Below, in pieces: positions 49,435 through 64,000 of a stretch of 64,000 nt of DNA. Positions within the stretch are counted from its first letter, which is position 1. Each line of letters begins with the position of its first letter. The stretch is from Eledone cirrhosa (lineage: Eukaryota). The notes below the pieces were generated by a model. The model was given only the letters and a program-made list of their open reading frames with translations, made no database searches and was not told the origin of the DNA. A program made the translations under genes and the position numbers. The stretch covers positions 27,528,001 through 27,592,000 of the forward strand of contig OZ024740.1 of NCBI GenBank assembly GCA_964016885.1. Reading direction: 5' to 3'.

Positions 49435-52400
49435 GTAATCAATATTACAGTTGGTAACATATTAGTAAGAGCAATACCTTGTGTCTATTGTAATCAATAT
49501 TACAGGTGGTAACATATTAGTAAGAGCAATACCTCGTGTCTATTGTAATCAATATCACAGTTGGTAACATATTAGTAAGAGCATTACCTTGTGTCTATTG
49601 TAATCTATATCACAGTTGGTAACATATTAGTAAGAGCAATACCACGTGTCTATTTTAATCAATATTACAGTTGGTAACATATTAGTAAGAACAATACCTC
49701 GTGTCTATTGTAATCAATATTACAGTTGGTTACATATTAGTAAGAGTAATACCTGGTGTCTATTGTAATCAATATTACAGTTGGTAACATATAAGTAAGA
49801 GTAATACCTTGTGTCTATTTTAATCAATATCACAGTTGGTAACATAATAGTAAGAGCAATACCTTGTGTCTATTGTAATCAATATTACAGTTGGTAACAT
49901 ATAAGTAAGAGCAATACCTTGTGTCTATGGCAATCAATATTACAGTTGGTAACATATTAGTAAGAGCAATACCTTGTGTCTATTGTAATCAATATTACAG
50001 GTGGTAACATATTAGTAAGAGCAATACCTCGTGTCTGTTGTAATCAATATTACAGTTGGTAACATATTAGTAAGAGCAATAACTTGTGTCTATTGTAATC
50101 AATATTACAGTTGGTAACATATTAGTAAGAGCAATACCTTGTGTCTATTGTAATAATCAATATTACAAGTGGTAACATATTAGTAAGAGCAATACCTTGT
50201 GTCTATTGTAATCAATATTACAGTTGGTAACATATTAGTAAGAGTAATACCGTGTGTCTATTGTAATCAATATTACAGTTGGTTACATATTAGTAAGAGT
50301 AATACCTGGTGTCTATTGTAATCAATATTACAGTTGGTAACATATTAGTAAGAGTAATACCTTGTGTCTATTTTAATCAATATCACAGTTGGTAACATAT
50401 TAGTAAGAGCAATACCTTGTGTCTATTGTAATCAATATTACAGTTGGTAACATATTAGTAAAAGCAATACCTTGTGTCTATTGTAATCAATATCACAGTT
50501 GGTAACATATTAGTAAGAGCAATACCTTGTGTCTATTGTAATCAATATCACAGTTGGTATCATATTAGTAAGAGCTATACCTTTTGTCTATTGTAATCAA
50601 TATTAAGGTTGGTAACATATTAGTAAGAGCAATACCTCGTGTCTATTGTAATCAATATTAAGGTTGGTAACATATTAGTAAGAGCATTACCTTGTGTCTA
50701 TTGTAATCAATATCACAGTTGGTAACATATTAGTAAGAGCAATACCTTGTGTCTATTGTAATCAATATTAAGGTTGGTAACATATTAGTAAGAGAAATAC
50801 CTTGTGTCTATTGTAATCAATATTACAGGTGGTAACATATTAGTAAGAGCACTACCTTGTGTCTATTGTAATCAATATTACAGGTGGTAACATATTAGTA
50901 AGAGCAATACCTCGTGTCTATTTTAATCAATATCACAGTTGGTAACATATTAGTAAGAGCAATACCACGTGTCTATTGTAATCAATATTACAGTTGGTAA
51001 CATATTAGTAAGAACAATACATCGTTTCTATTGTAATCAATATTACAGTTGGTAACATATTAGTAAGAGCAATACCTTGTGTCTATTGTAACCAATATCA
51101 CAGTTGGTAACATATTAGTAAGAGCAATACATTGTGTCTATTGTAATCAATATTACAGTTGGTAACATATTAGTAAGAGCAATACCTCGTGTCTATTGTA
51201 ATCAATATTACAGTTGGTTACATATTAGTAAGAGCAATACCTTGTGTCTATTGTAATCAATATTACAGTTGGTAACATATTAGTAAGAGCAATACCTTGT
51301 GTCTATTGTAATCAATATTACAGTTGGTAACATATTAGTAAGAGTAATACCTTGTGTCTATTTTAATCAATATCACAGTTGGTAACATATTAGTAAGAGC
51401 AATACCTTGTGTCTATTGTAATCAATATTACAGTTGGTAACATATTAGTAAAAGCAATACCTTGTGTCTATTGTAATCAATATCACAGTTGGTAACATAT
51501 TAGTAAGAGCAATACCTTGTGTCTATTGTAATCAATATCACAGTTGGTAACATATTAGTAAGAGCAATACGTTGTGTCTATTGTAATCAATATCACAGTT
51601 GGTAACATATTATTAAGAGCAATACCTTGTGTCTATCGTAATCAATATTACAGTTGGTAACATATTAGTAAGAGCAATACCTTGTGTCTATTGTAATCAA
51701 TATTACAGGTGGTAACATATTAGTAAGAGCAATACCTTGTGTCTATTGTAATCAATATTACAGTTGGTAACATATTAGTAAGAGCTATACCTCGTGTCTA
51801 TTGTAATCAATATTAAGGTTGGTAACATATTAGTAAGAGCAATACCTTGTGTCTATTGTAATCAATATTACAGTTGGTAACATATTAGTAAGAGCAATAT
51901 TTTGTGTCTATTGTAATCAATATCACAGTTGGTAACATATTAGTAAGAGGTATACCTCATGTCTATTGTAATCAATATTAAGGTTGGTAACATATTAGTA
52001 AGAGCAATACCTCGTGTCTATTGTACCAATATTAAGGTTGGTAACATAATAGTAAGAGAAATACCTTGTGTCTATTGTAATCAATATTACAGGTGCTAAC
52101 ATATTAGTAAGAGCAATACCTTGTGTCTATTGTAATCAATATTACAGTTGGTAACATATTATTAAGAGCAATACTTTGTGTCTACTGTAATCAATATCAC
52201 AGTTGGTAACATATTAGTAAGAGCTATACCTCGTGTCTATTGTAATCAATATTAAGGTTGGTAACATATTAGTAAGAGCAATACCTCGTGTCTATTGTAC
52301 CAATATTAATGTTGGTAACATATTAGTAAGAGCAATACCTTGTGTCTATTGTAATCAATATTACAGGTGGTAACATATTAGTAAGAGCAATACCTTGTGT

Positions 52401-55400
52401 CTATTGCAATCAATATTACAGTTGGTAACATATTAGTAAAAGCAATACCTTGTGTCTATTGTAATCAATATCACAGTTGGTAACATATTAGTAAGAGCAA
52501 TACCTTGTGTCTATTGTAATCAATATCACAGTTGGTAACATATTAGTAAGAGCAATACGTTGTGTCTATTGTAATCAATATCACAGTTGGTAACATATTA
52601 TTAAGAGCAATACCTTGTGTCTATGGTAATCAATATTACAGTTGGTAACATATTAGTAAGAGCAATATCTTGTGTCTATTGTAATCAATATTACAGGTGG
52701 TAACATATTAGTAAGAGCAATACCTTGTGTCTATTGTAATCAATATTACAGTTGGTAACATATTAGTAAGAGCTATACCTCGTGTCTATTGTAATCAATA
52801 TTAAGGTTGGTAACATATTAGTAAGAGCAATACCTTGTGTCTATTGTAATCAATATTAAGGTTGGTAACATATTAGTACGAGAAATACGTTGTGTCTATT
52901 GTAATCAATATTACAGTTGGTAATAAATAGTAAGAGCAATACCTTGTGTCTATTGTAATCAATATTACAGGTGGTAACATATTAGTAAGAGCAATACCTT
53001 GTGTCTATTGTAATCAATATTACAGTTGGTAACATATTAGGAAGAGCTATACCTCGTGTCGATTGTAATCAATATTAAGGTTGGTAACATATTAGTAAGA
53101 GCAATACCTCGTGTCTATTGTAATCAATATTACAGTTGGTAACATATTAGTAAGAGCAATACCTTGTGTCTATTGTAATCAATATTACAGTTGGTAACAT
53201 ATTAGTAAGAGCAATACCTTGTGTCTATTGTAATCAATATCACAGTTGGTAACATATTAGTAAGAGCAATACCTTGTGTCTATTGTAATCAATATTACAG
53301 TTGGTAACATATTAGTAAGAGCAATACCTCGTGTCTATTGTAATCAATATCACAGTTGGTAACATATTAGTAAGAGCATTACATTGTGTCTATTGTAATC
53401 AATATCACAGTTGGTAACATATTAGTAAGAGCAATACCTCGTGTCTATTGTAATCAATATTACAGTTGGTAACATATTAGTAAGAGCATTACCTTGTGTC
53501 TATTGTAATCAATATTACAGTTGGTAACATATTAGTAAGAGTAATACCTCGTGTCTATTGTAATCAATATTACAGTTGGTAACATATTAGTAAGAGCAAT
53601 ACCTTGTGTCTATTGTAATCAATATTACAGTTGGTAACATATTAGTAAGAGCAATACCTTGTGTCTATTGTAATCAATATCACAGTTGGTAACATATTAG
53701 TAAGAGCAATACCTTGTGTCTATTGTAATCAATATTATAGTTGGTAACATATTAGTAAGAGCAATACCTCGTGTCTATTGTAATCAATATCACAGTTGGT
53801 AACATATTAGTAAGAGCATTACCTTGTGTCTATTGTAATCAATATCACAGTTGGTAACATATTAGTAAGAGCAATACCTCGTGTCTATTGTAATCAATAT
53901 TACAGGTGGTTGCATATTAGTAAGAGCAATACATTGTGTCTATTGTAATCAATATTACAGTTGGTAACATATTAGTAAGAGTAATACCTTGTGTCTATTG
54001 TAATCAATATTACAGTTGGTAACATATTAGTAAGAGTAATACCTTGTGTCTATTGTAATCAATATCACAGTTGGTAACATATTAGTAAGAGCAATACCTT
54101 GTGTCTATTGTAATCAATATTACAGTTGGTAACATATTAGTAAAAGCAATACCTTGTGTCTATTGTAATCAATATTACAGTTGGTAACATATTAGTAAGA
54201 ACAATACCTCGTGTCTATTGTAATCAATATTACAGTTGGTAACATATTAGTAAGAGCAATACCTTGTGTCTATTGTAACCAATATCACAGTTGGTAACAT
54301 ATTAGTAAGAGCAATACCTTGTGTCTATTGTAATCAATATTACAGTTGGTAACATATTAGTAAGAGCAATACCTTGTGTCTATTGTAACCAATATCACAG
54401 TTGGTAACATATTAGTAAGAGCAATACCTTGTGTCTATTGTAATCAATATTACAGTTGGTAACATATTAGTAAGAGCAATACCTTGTGTCTATGGTAATC
54501 AATATTACAGTTGGTAACATATTAGTAAGAGCAATACCTTGTGTCTATTGTAATCAATATTACAGGTGGTAACATATTAGTAAGAGCAATACCTCGTGTC
54601 TATTGTAATCAATATCACAGTTGGTAACATATTAGTAAGAGCATTACCTTGTGTCTATTGTAATCTATATCACAGTTGGTAACATATTAGTAAGAGCAAT
54701 ACCACGTGTCTATTTTAATCAATATTACAGTTGGTAACATATTAGTAAGAACAATACCTCGTGTCTATTGTAATCAATATTACAGTTGGTTACATATTAG
54801 TAAGAGTAATACCTGGTGTCTATTGTAATCAATATTACAGTTGGTAACATATAAGTAAGAGTAATACCTTGTGTCTATTTTAATCAATATCACAGTTGGT
54901 AACATAATAGTAAGAGCAATACCTTGTGTCTATTGTAATCAATATTACAGTTGGTAACATATAAGTAAGAGCAATACCTTGTGTCTATGGCAATCAATAT
55001 TACAGTTGGTAACATATTAGTAAGAGCAATACCTTGTGTCTATTGTAATCAATATTACAGGTGGTAACATATTAGTAAGAGCAATACCTCGTGTCTGTTG
55101 TAATCAATATTACAGTTGGTAACATATTAGTAAGAGCAATAACTTGTGTCTATTGTAATCAATATTACAGTTGGTAACATATTAGTAAGAGCAATACCTT
55201 GTGTCTATTGTAATAATCAATATTACAAGTGGTAACATATTAGTAAGAGCAATACCTTGTGTCTATTGTAATCAATATTACAGTTGGTAACATATTAGTA
55301 AGAGTAATACCGTGTGTCTATTGTAATCAATATTACAGTTGGTTACATATTAGTAAGAGTAATACCTGGTGTCTATTGTAATCAATATTACAGTTGGTAA

Positions 55401-58400
55401 CATATTAGTAAGAGTAATACCTTGTGTCTATTTTAATCAATATCACAGTTGGTAACATATTAGTAAGAGCAATACCTTGTGTCTATTGTAATCAATATTA
55501 CAGTTGGTAACATATTAGTAAAAGCAATACCTTGTGTCTATTGTAATCAATATCACAGTTGGTAACATATTAGTAAGAGCAATACCTTGTGTCTATTGTA
55601 ATCAATATCACAGTTGGTATCATATTAGTAAGAGCTATACCTTTTGTCTATTGTAATCAATATTAAGGTTGGTAACATATTAGTAAGAGCAATACCTCGT
55701 GTCTATTGTAATCAATATTAAGGTTGGTAACATATTAGTAAGAGCATTACCTTGTGTCTATTGTAATCAATATCACAGTTGGTAACATATTAGTAAGAGC
55801 AATACCTTGTGTCTATTGTAATCAATATTAAGGTTGGTAACATATTAGTAAGAGAAATACCTTGTGTCTATTGTAATCAATATTACAGGTGGTAACATAT
55901 TAGTAAGAGCACTACCTTGTGTCTATTGTAATCAATATTACAGGTGGTAACATATTAGTAAGAGCAATACCTCGTGTCTATTTTAATCAATATCACAGTT
56001 GGTAACATATTAGTAAGAGCAATACCACGTGTCTATTGTAATCAATATTACAGTTGGTAACATATTAGTAAGAACAATACATCGTTTCTATTGTAATCAA
56101 TATTACAGTTGGTAACATATTAGTAAGAGCAATACCTTGTGTCTATTGTAACCAATATCACAGTTGGTAACATATTAGTAAGAGCAATACATTGTGTCTA
56201 TTGTAATCAATATTACAGTTGGTAACATATTAGTAAGAGCAATACCTCGTGTCTATTGTAATCAATATTACAGTTGGTTACATATTAGTAAGAGCAATAC
56301 CTTGTGTCTATTGTAATCAATATTACAGTTGGTAACATATTAGTAAGAGCAATACCTTGTGTCTATTGTAATCAATATTACAGTTGGTAACATATTAGTA
56401 AGAGTAATACCTTGTGTCTATTTTAATCAATATCACAGTTGGTAACATATTAGTAAGAGCAATACCTTGTGTCTATTGTAATCAATATTACAGTTGGTAA
56501 CATATTAGTAAAAGCAATACCTTGTGTCTATTGTAATCAATATCACAGTTGGTAACATATTAGTAAGAGCAATACCTTGTGTCTATTGTAATCAATATCA
56601 CAGTTGGTAACATATTAGTAAGAGCAATACGTTGTGTCTATTGTAATCAATATCACAGTTGGTAACATATTATTAAGAGCAATACCTTGTGTCTATCGTA
56701 ATCAATATTACAGTTGGTAACATATTAGTAAGAGCAATACCTTGTGTCTATTGTAATCAATATTACAGGTGGTAACATATTAGTAAGAGCAATACCTTGT
56801 GTCTATTGTAATCAATATTACAGTTGGTAACATATTAGTAAGAGCTATACCTCGTGTCTATTGTAATCAATATTAAGGTTGGTAACATATTAGTAAGAGC
56901 AATACCTTGTGTCTATTGTAATCAATATTACAGTTGGTAACATATTAGTAAGAGCAATATTTTGTGTCTATTGTAATCAATATCACAGTTGGTAACATAT
57001 TAGTAAGAGGTATACCTCATGTCTATTGTAATCAATATTAAGGTTGGTAACATATTAGTAAGAGCAATACCTCGTGTCTATTGTACCAATATTAAGGTTG
57101 GTAACATAATAGTAAGAGAAATACCTTGTGTCTATTGTAATCAATATTACAGGTGCTAACATATTAGTAAGAGCAATACCTTGTGTCTATTGTAATCAAT
57201 ATTACAGTTGGTAACATATTATTAAGAGCAATACTTTGTGTCTACTGTAATCAATATCACAGTTGGTAACATATTAGTAAGAGCTATACCTCGTGTCTAT
57301 TGTAATCAATATTAAGGTTGGTAACATATTAGTAAGAGCAATACCTCGTGTCTATTGTACCAATATTAATGTTGGTAACATATTAGTAAGAGCAATACCT
57401 TGTGTCTATTGTAATCAATATTACAGGTGGTAACATATTAGTAAGAGCAATACCTTGTGTCTATTGCAATCAATATTACAGTTGGTAACATATTAGTAAA
57501 AGCAATACCTTGTGTCTATTGTAATCAATATCACAGTTGGTAACATATTAGTAAGAGCAATACCTTGTGTCTATTGTAATCAATATCACAGTTGGTAACA
57601 TATTAGTAAGAGCAATACGTTGTGTCTATTGTAATCAATATCACAGTTGGTAACATATTATTAAGAGCAATACCTTGTGTCTATGGTAATCAATATTACA
57701 GTTGGTAACATATTAGTAAGAGCAATATCTTGTGTCTATTGTAATCAATATTACAGGTGGTAACATATTAGTAAGAGCAATACCTTGTGTCTATTGTAAT
57801 CAATATTACAGTTGGTAACATATTAGTAAGAGCTATACCTCGTGTCTATTGTAATCAATATTAAGGTTGGTAACATATTAGTAAGAGCAATACCTTGTGT
57901 CTATTGTAATCAATATTAAGGTTGGTAACATATTAGTACGAGAAATACGTTGTGTCTATTGTAATCAATATTACAGTTGGTAATAAATAGTAAGAGCAAT
58001 ACCTTGTGTCTATTGTAATCAATATTACAGGTGGTAACATATTAGTAAGAGCAATACCTTGTGTCTATTGTAATCAATATTACAGTTGGTAACATATTAG
58101 GAAGAGCTATACCTCGTGTCGATTGTAATCAATATTAAGGTTGGTAACATATTAGTAAGAGCAATACCTCGTGTCTATTGTAATCAATATTACAGTTGGT
58201 AACATATTAGTAAGAGCAATACCTTGTGTCTATTGTAATCAATATTACAGTTGGTAACATATTAGTAAGAGCAATACCTTGTGTCTATTGTAATCAATAT
58301 CACAGTTGGTAACATATTAGTAAGAGCAATACCTTGTGTCTATTGTAATCAATATTACAGTTGGTAACATATTAGTAAGAGCAATACCTCGTGTCTATTG

Positions 58401-59440
58401 TAATCAATATCACAGTTGGTAACATATTAGTAAGAGCATTACATTGTGTCTATTGTAATCAATATCACAGTTGGTAACATATTAGTAAGAGCAATACCTC
58501 GTGTCTATTGTAATCAATATTACAGTTGGTAACATATTAGTAAGAGCATTACCTTGTGTCTATTGTAATCAATATTACAGTTGGTAACATATTAGTAAGA
58601 GTAATACCTCGTGTCTATTGTAATCAATATTACAGTTGGTAACATATTAGTAAGAGCAATACCTTGTGTCTATTGTAATCAATATTACAGTTGGTAACAT
58701 ATTAGTAAGAGCAATACCTTGTGTCTATTGTAATCAATATCACAGTTGGTAACATATTAGTAAGAGCAATACCTTGTGTCTATTGTAATCAATATTATAG
58801 TTGGTAACATATTAGTAAGAGCAATACCTCGTGTCTATTGTAATCAATATCACAGTTGGTAACATATTAGTAAGAGCATTACCTTGTGTCTATTGTAATC
58901 AATATCACAGTTGGTAACATATTAGTAAGAGCAATACCTCGTGTCTATTGTAATCAATATTACAGGTGGTTGCATATTAGTAAGAGCAATACATTGTGTC
59001 TATTGTAATCAATATTACAGTTGGTAACATATTAGTAAGAGTAATACCTTGTGTCTATTGTAATCAATATTACAGTTGGTAACATATTAGTAAGAGTAAT
59101 ACCTTGTGTCTATTGTAATCAATATCACAGTTGGTAACATATTAGTAAGAGCAATACCTTGTGTCTATTGTAATCAATATTACAGTTGGTAACATATTAG
59201 TAAAAGCAATACCTTGTGTCTATTGTAATCAATATTACAGTTGGTAACATATTAGTAAGAACAATACCTCGTGTCTATTGTAATCAATATTACAGTTGGT
59301 AACATATTAGTAAGAGCAATACCTTGTGTCTATTGTAACCAATATCACAGTTGGTAACATATTAGTAAGAGCAATACCTTGTGTCTATTGTAATCAATAT
59401 TACAGTTGGTAACATATTAGTAAGAGCAATACCTTGTGTC
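49435..59440. repeat. 5060-bp (92-unit) near-perfect tandem duplication in satellite B
   Basis: taatctatat at 49601/54661, gtctatcgta at 51631/56691, tatacctcat at 51951/57011, tattagtacg at 52871/57931, tgcatatt at 53911/58971; all offsets are 5060. Confidence 0.93.
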
Positions 59441-61270
59441 TATGGTAATCAATATTACAGTTGGTAACATATTAGTAAGAGCAATACCTTGTGTCTATTG
59501 TAATCAATATTACAGGTGGTAACATATTAGTAAGAGCAATACCTTGTGTCTATTGTAATCAATATTACAGTTGGTAACATATTAGTAAGAGCTATACCTC
59601 GTGTCGATTGTAATCAATATTACAGTTGGTAATAAATAGTAAGAGCAATACCTTGTGTCTATTGTAATCAATATTACAGGTGGTAACATATTAGTAAGAG
59701 CAATACCTTGTGTCTATTGTAATCAATATTACAGTTGGTAACATATTAGGAAGAGCTATACCTCGTGTCGATTGTAATCAATATTAAGGTTGGTAACATA
59801 TTAGTAAGAGCAATACCTCGTGTCTATTGTAATCAATATTACAGTTGGTAACATATTAGTAAGAGCAATACCTTGTGTCTATTGTAATCAATATTACAGT
59901 TGGTAACATATTAGTAAGAGCAATACCTTGTGTCTATTGTAATCAATATCACAGTTGGTAACATATTAGTAAGAGCAATACCTTGTGTCTATTGTAATCA
60001 ATATTACAGTTGGTAACATATTAGTAAGAGCAATACCTCGTGTCTATTGTAATCAATATCACAGTTGGTAACATATTAGTAAGAGCATTACATTGTGTCT
60101 ATTGTAATCAATATCACAGTTGGTAACATATTAGTAAGAGCAATACCTCGTGTCTATTGTAATCAATATTACAGTTGGTAACATATTAGTAAGAGCATTA
60201 CCTTGTGTCTATTGTAATCAATATTACAGTTGGTAACATATTAGTAAGAGTAATACCTCGTGTCTATTGTAATCAATATTACAGTTGGTAACATATTAGT
60301 AAGAGCAATACCTTGTGTCTATTGTAATCAATATTACAGTTGGTAACATATTAGTAAGAGCAATACCTTGTGTCTATTGTAATCAATATCACAGTTGGTA
60401 ACATATTAGTAAGAGCAATACCTTGTGTCTATTGTAATCAATATTATAGTTGGTAACATATTAGTAAGAGCAATACCTCGTGTCTATTGTAATCAATATC
60501 ACAGTTGGTAACATATTAGTAAGAGCATTACCTTGTGTCTATTGTAATCAATATCACAGTTGGTAACATATTAGTAAGAGCAATACCTCGTGTCTATTGT
60601 AATCAATATTACAGGTGGTTGCATATTAGTAAGAGCAATACATTGTGTCTATTGTAATCAATATTACAGTTGGTAACATATTAGTAAGAGTAATACCTTG
60701 TGTCTATTGTAATCAATATTACAGTTGGTAACATATTAGTAAGAGTAATACCTTGTGTCTATTGTAATCAATATCACAGTTGGTAACATATTAGTAAGAG
60801 CAATACCTTGTGTCTATTGTAATCAATATTACAGTTGGTAACATATTAGTAAAAGCAATACCTTGTGTCTATTGTAATCAATATTACAGTTGGTAACATA
60901 TTAGTAAGAACAATACCTCGTGTCTATTGTAATCAATATTACAGTTGGTAACATATTAGTAAGAGCAATACCTTGTGTCTATTGTAACCAATATCACAGT
61001 TGGTAACATATTAGTAAGAGCAATACCTTGTGTCTATTGTAATCAATATTACAGTTGGTAACATATTAGTAAGAGCAATACCTTGTGTCTATGGTAATCA
61101 ATATTACAGTTGGTAACATATTAGTAAGAGCAATACCTTGTGTCTATTGTAATCAATATTACAGGTGGTAACATATTAGTAAGAGCAATACCTTGTGTCT
61201 ATTGTAATCAATATTACAGTTGGTAACATATTAGTAAGAGCTATACCTCGTGTCGATTGTAATCAATATT
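57960..61270. repeat. 1649-bp (30-unit) tandem duplication in satellite B overlapping the end of the 5060-bp duplication
   Basis: taataaatag at 57981 and 59630. The tgca of ggtggttgca at 58971 and 60620. Confidence 0.85.
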
Positions 61271-62679
61271 AAGGTTGGTAACATATTAGTAAGAGCAATA
61301 CCTCGTGTCTATTGTAATCAATATTACAGTTGGTAACATATTAGTAAGAGCAATACCTTGTGTCTATTGTAATCAATATTACAGTTGGTAACATATTAGT
61401 AAGAGCAATACCTTGTGTCTATTGTAATCAATATCACAGTTGGTAACATATTAGTAAGAGCAATACCTTGTGTCTATTGTAATCAATATTATAGTTGGTA
61501 ACATATTAGTAAGAGCAATACCTCGTGTCTATTGTAATCAATATCACAGTTGGTAACATATTAGTAAGAGCATTACCTTGTGTCTATTGTAATCAATATC
61601 ACAGTTGGTAACATATTAGTAAGAGCAATACCTCGTGTCTATTGTAATCAATATTACAGTTGGTAACATATTAGTAAGAGCATTACCTTGTGTCTATTGT
61701 AATCAATATTACAGTTGGTAACATATTAGTAAGAGTAATACCTTGTGTCTATTGTAATCAATATTACAGTTGGTAACATATTAGTAAGAGTAATACCTTG
61801 TGTCTATTGTAATCAATATCACAGTTGGTAATATATTAGTAAGAGCAATACCTTGTGTCTATTGTAATCAATATTACAGTTGGTAACATATTAGTAAAAG
61901 CAATACCTTGTGTCTATTGTAATCAATATCACAGTTGGTAACATATTAGTAAGAGCAATACCTTGTGTCTATTGTAATCAATATCACAGTTGGTAACATA
62001 TTAGTAAGAGCAATACCTTGTGTCTATTGTAATCAATATTAAGGGTGGTAACATATTAGTAAGTGTAATACCTTGTGTCTATTGTAATCAATATTACAGG
62101 TGGTAGCATATTAGTAAGAGCAATACATTGTGTCTATTGAAATCAATATCACAGTTGGTAACATATTAGTAAGAGCAATACCTTGTGTCTATTGTAATCA
62201 ATATTACAGTTGGTAACATATTAGTAAGAGCAATACCTCGTGTCTATTGTAATAAATATCACAGTTGGTAACATATTAGTAAGAGCGTTACCTTGTGTCT
62301 ATTGTAATCAATATCACAGTTGTTAACAAATTAGTAAGAGCTATACCTCGTGTCTATTGTAATCAATATTTCAGTTGGTAACAGATTAGTAAGAACAATA
62401 CCTCGTGTCTATTGTAAACAATATTACAGTTGGTAACATATTAGTAAGAGCAATACCTTGTGTCTATTGTAATCAATATTACAGTTGGTAACATATTAGT
62501 AAAAGCAATACCTTGTGTCTATTGTAACCAATATCACAGTTGGTAACATATTAGTAAGAGCAATACCTTGTGTCTATTGTAATCAATATTACAGTTGGTA
62601 ACATATTAGTAAGAGCAATACCTCGTGTCTATTGTAATCAATATTACAGTTGGTAACATATTAGTAAGAGCAATACCTC

Positions 62680-63300
62680 GTGTCTATTGTAATAATCAAT
62701 ATTACAAGTGGTAACATATTAGTAAGAGCAATACCTTGTGTATGTTGTAATCAATATTACAGTTGGTAACATATTAGTAAGAGTAATACCGTGTGTCTAT
62801 TGTAATCAATATTACAGTTGGTAACATATTAGTAAGAGCAATACCTTGTGTCTATTGTAATAATCAATATTAGAGGTGGTAACATATTAGTAAGAGCAAT
62901 ACCTTGTGTCTATTGTAATCAATATTACAGTTGGTAACATATTAGTAAGAGTAATACCGTGTGTCTATTGTAATCAATATTACAGTTGGTAACATATTAG
63001 TAAGAGCAATACCTTGTGTCTATTGTAATAATCAATATTACAAGTGGTAACATATTAGTAAGAGCAATACCTTGTGTCTATTGTAATCAATATTACAGTT
63101 GGTAACATATTAGTAAGAGTAATACTGTGTGTCTATTGTAATCAATATTACAGTTGGTAACATATTTGTAAGAGCAATACTTGTGTCTATTGTAATAATC
63201 AATATTACAAGTGGTAACATATTAGTAAGAGCAATACCTTGTGTCTATTGTAATCAATATTACAGTTGGTAACATATTAGTAAGAGTAATACCGTGTGTC
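62680..63300. repeat. Trimeric 168-bp higher-order repeat (58+55+55) in about four copies in satellite B
   Basis: The +3 variant aataatc at 62691, 62859, 63027, 63194 (spacing 168, 168, 167), each followed by a gagtaatac(c/t)gtg unit. Confidence 0.85.
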
Positions 63301-64000
63301 TATTGTAATCAATATTACAGTTGGTAACATATTAGTGAGAGCATTACCTTGTGTCTATTGTAATCAATATTACAGTTGGTAACATATTAGTAAGAGTAAT
63401 ACCTTGTGTCTATTGTAATCAATATTACAGTTGGTAACATATTAGTAAGAGTAATACCTTGTGTCTATTGTAATCAATATCACAGTTGGTAACATATTAG
63501 TAAGAGCAATACCTTGTGTCTATTGTAATCAATATTACAGTTGGTAACATATTAGTAAAAGCAATACCTTGTGTCTATTGTAATCAATATCACAGTTGGT
63601 AACATATTAGTAAGAGCAATACCTTGTGTCTATTGTAATCAATATCACAGTTGGTAACATATTAGTAAGAGCAATACCTTGTGTCTATTGTAATCAATAT
63701 TACGGGTGGTAACATATTAGTAAGAGCAATACCTTGTGTCTATTGTAATCAATATTACAGGTGGTAGCATATTAGTAAGAGCAATACCTTGTGTCTATTG
63801 TAATCAATATTACAGTTGGTAACATATTAGTAAGAGCAATACCTTGTGTCTATTGTAATCAATATCACAGTTGGTAACATATTAGTAAGAGCAATACCTT
63901 GTGTCTATTGTAATCAATATTACAGTTGGTAACATATTAGTAAGAGCAATACCTCGTGTCTATTGTAATCAATATCACAGTTGGTAACATATTAGTAAGA

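Larger units (their letters stand above)
39961..64000. repeat. Satellite B: 55-bp AT-rich tandem repeat; continues off the right edge
   Basis: Unit TTGTGTCTATTGTAATCAATATTACAGTTGGTAACATATTAGTAAGAGCAATACC, e.g. starting at 40181 and again at 40236. About 437 copies. Rare 58-bp (+AAT) and 54-bp (-1) variants. No ORF calls past 40040. Confidence 0.99.

Noticed and set aside
39961-64000. CRISPR-like array (regular repeats with a short palindrome)
   Set aside because: Units are head-to-tail with no unique spacers, and there are no cas genes or leader.

Overview
The window is entirely tandem-repeat DNA and I see no credible gene, RNA gene, transposon or CRISPR array. It looks eukaryotic, but the organism cannot be identified from the sequence. 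Bases 1-39960 are satellite A, a 48-bp unit (GGTGTTGGTAGTGTTAGTAGTGGTAATAGTTTTGATGGTGTTGTT+GGT/GTT/GGA; roughly 850 copies). Its + strand is almost free of C and it is built from NNT triplets grouped into 9-bp sub-repeats. The giant ORFs in the track (poly-V/L, GVGSVSSGNSFD, TNTTNT, PLLTLPT) follow from that triplet structure. Bases 39961-64000 are satellite B, an AT-rich 55-bp unit (TTGTGTCTATTGTAATCAATATTACAGTTGGTAACATATTAGTAAGAGCAATACC; roughly 437 copies) with no ORFs. The arrays join with no spacer through a 6-nt microhomology. They share three colinear motifs (GTTGGTA..TTAGTA..G[C/T]AATA), which suggests common origin or a shared binding site. Both carry nested higher-order repeats, up to 4263 bp in A and 5060 bp in B. 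Satellite A decays in zoned subfamilies towards the junction, while B stays homogeneous. The interesting signals are structural and evolutionary; a coding role for A (Thr/Asn-rich glycoprotein) is possible but weakly supported.
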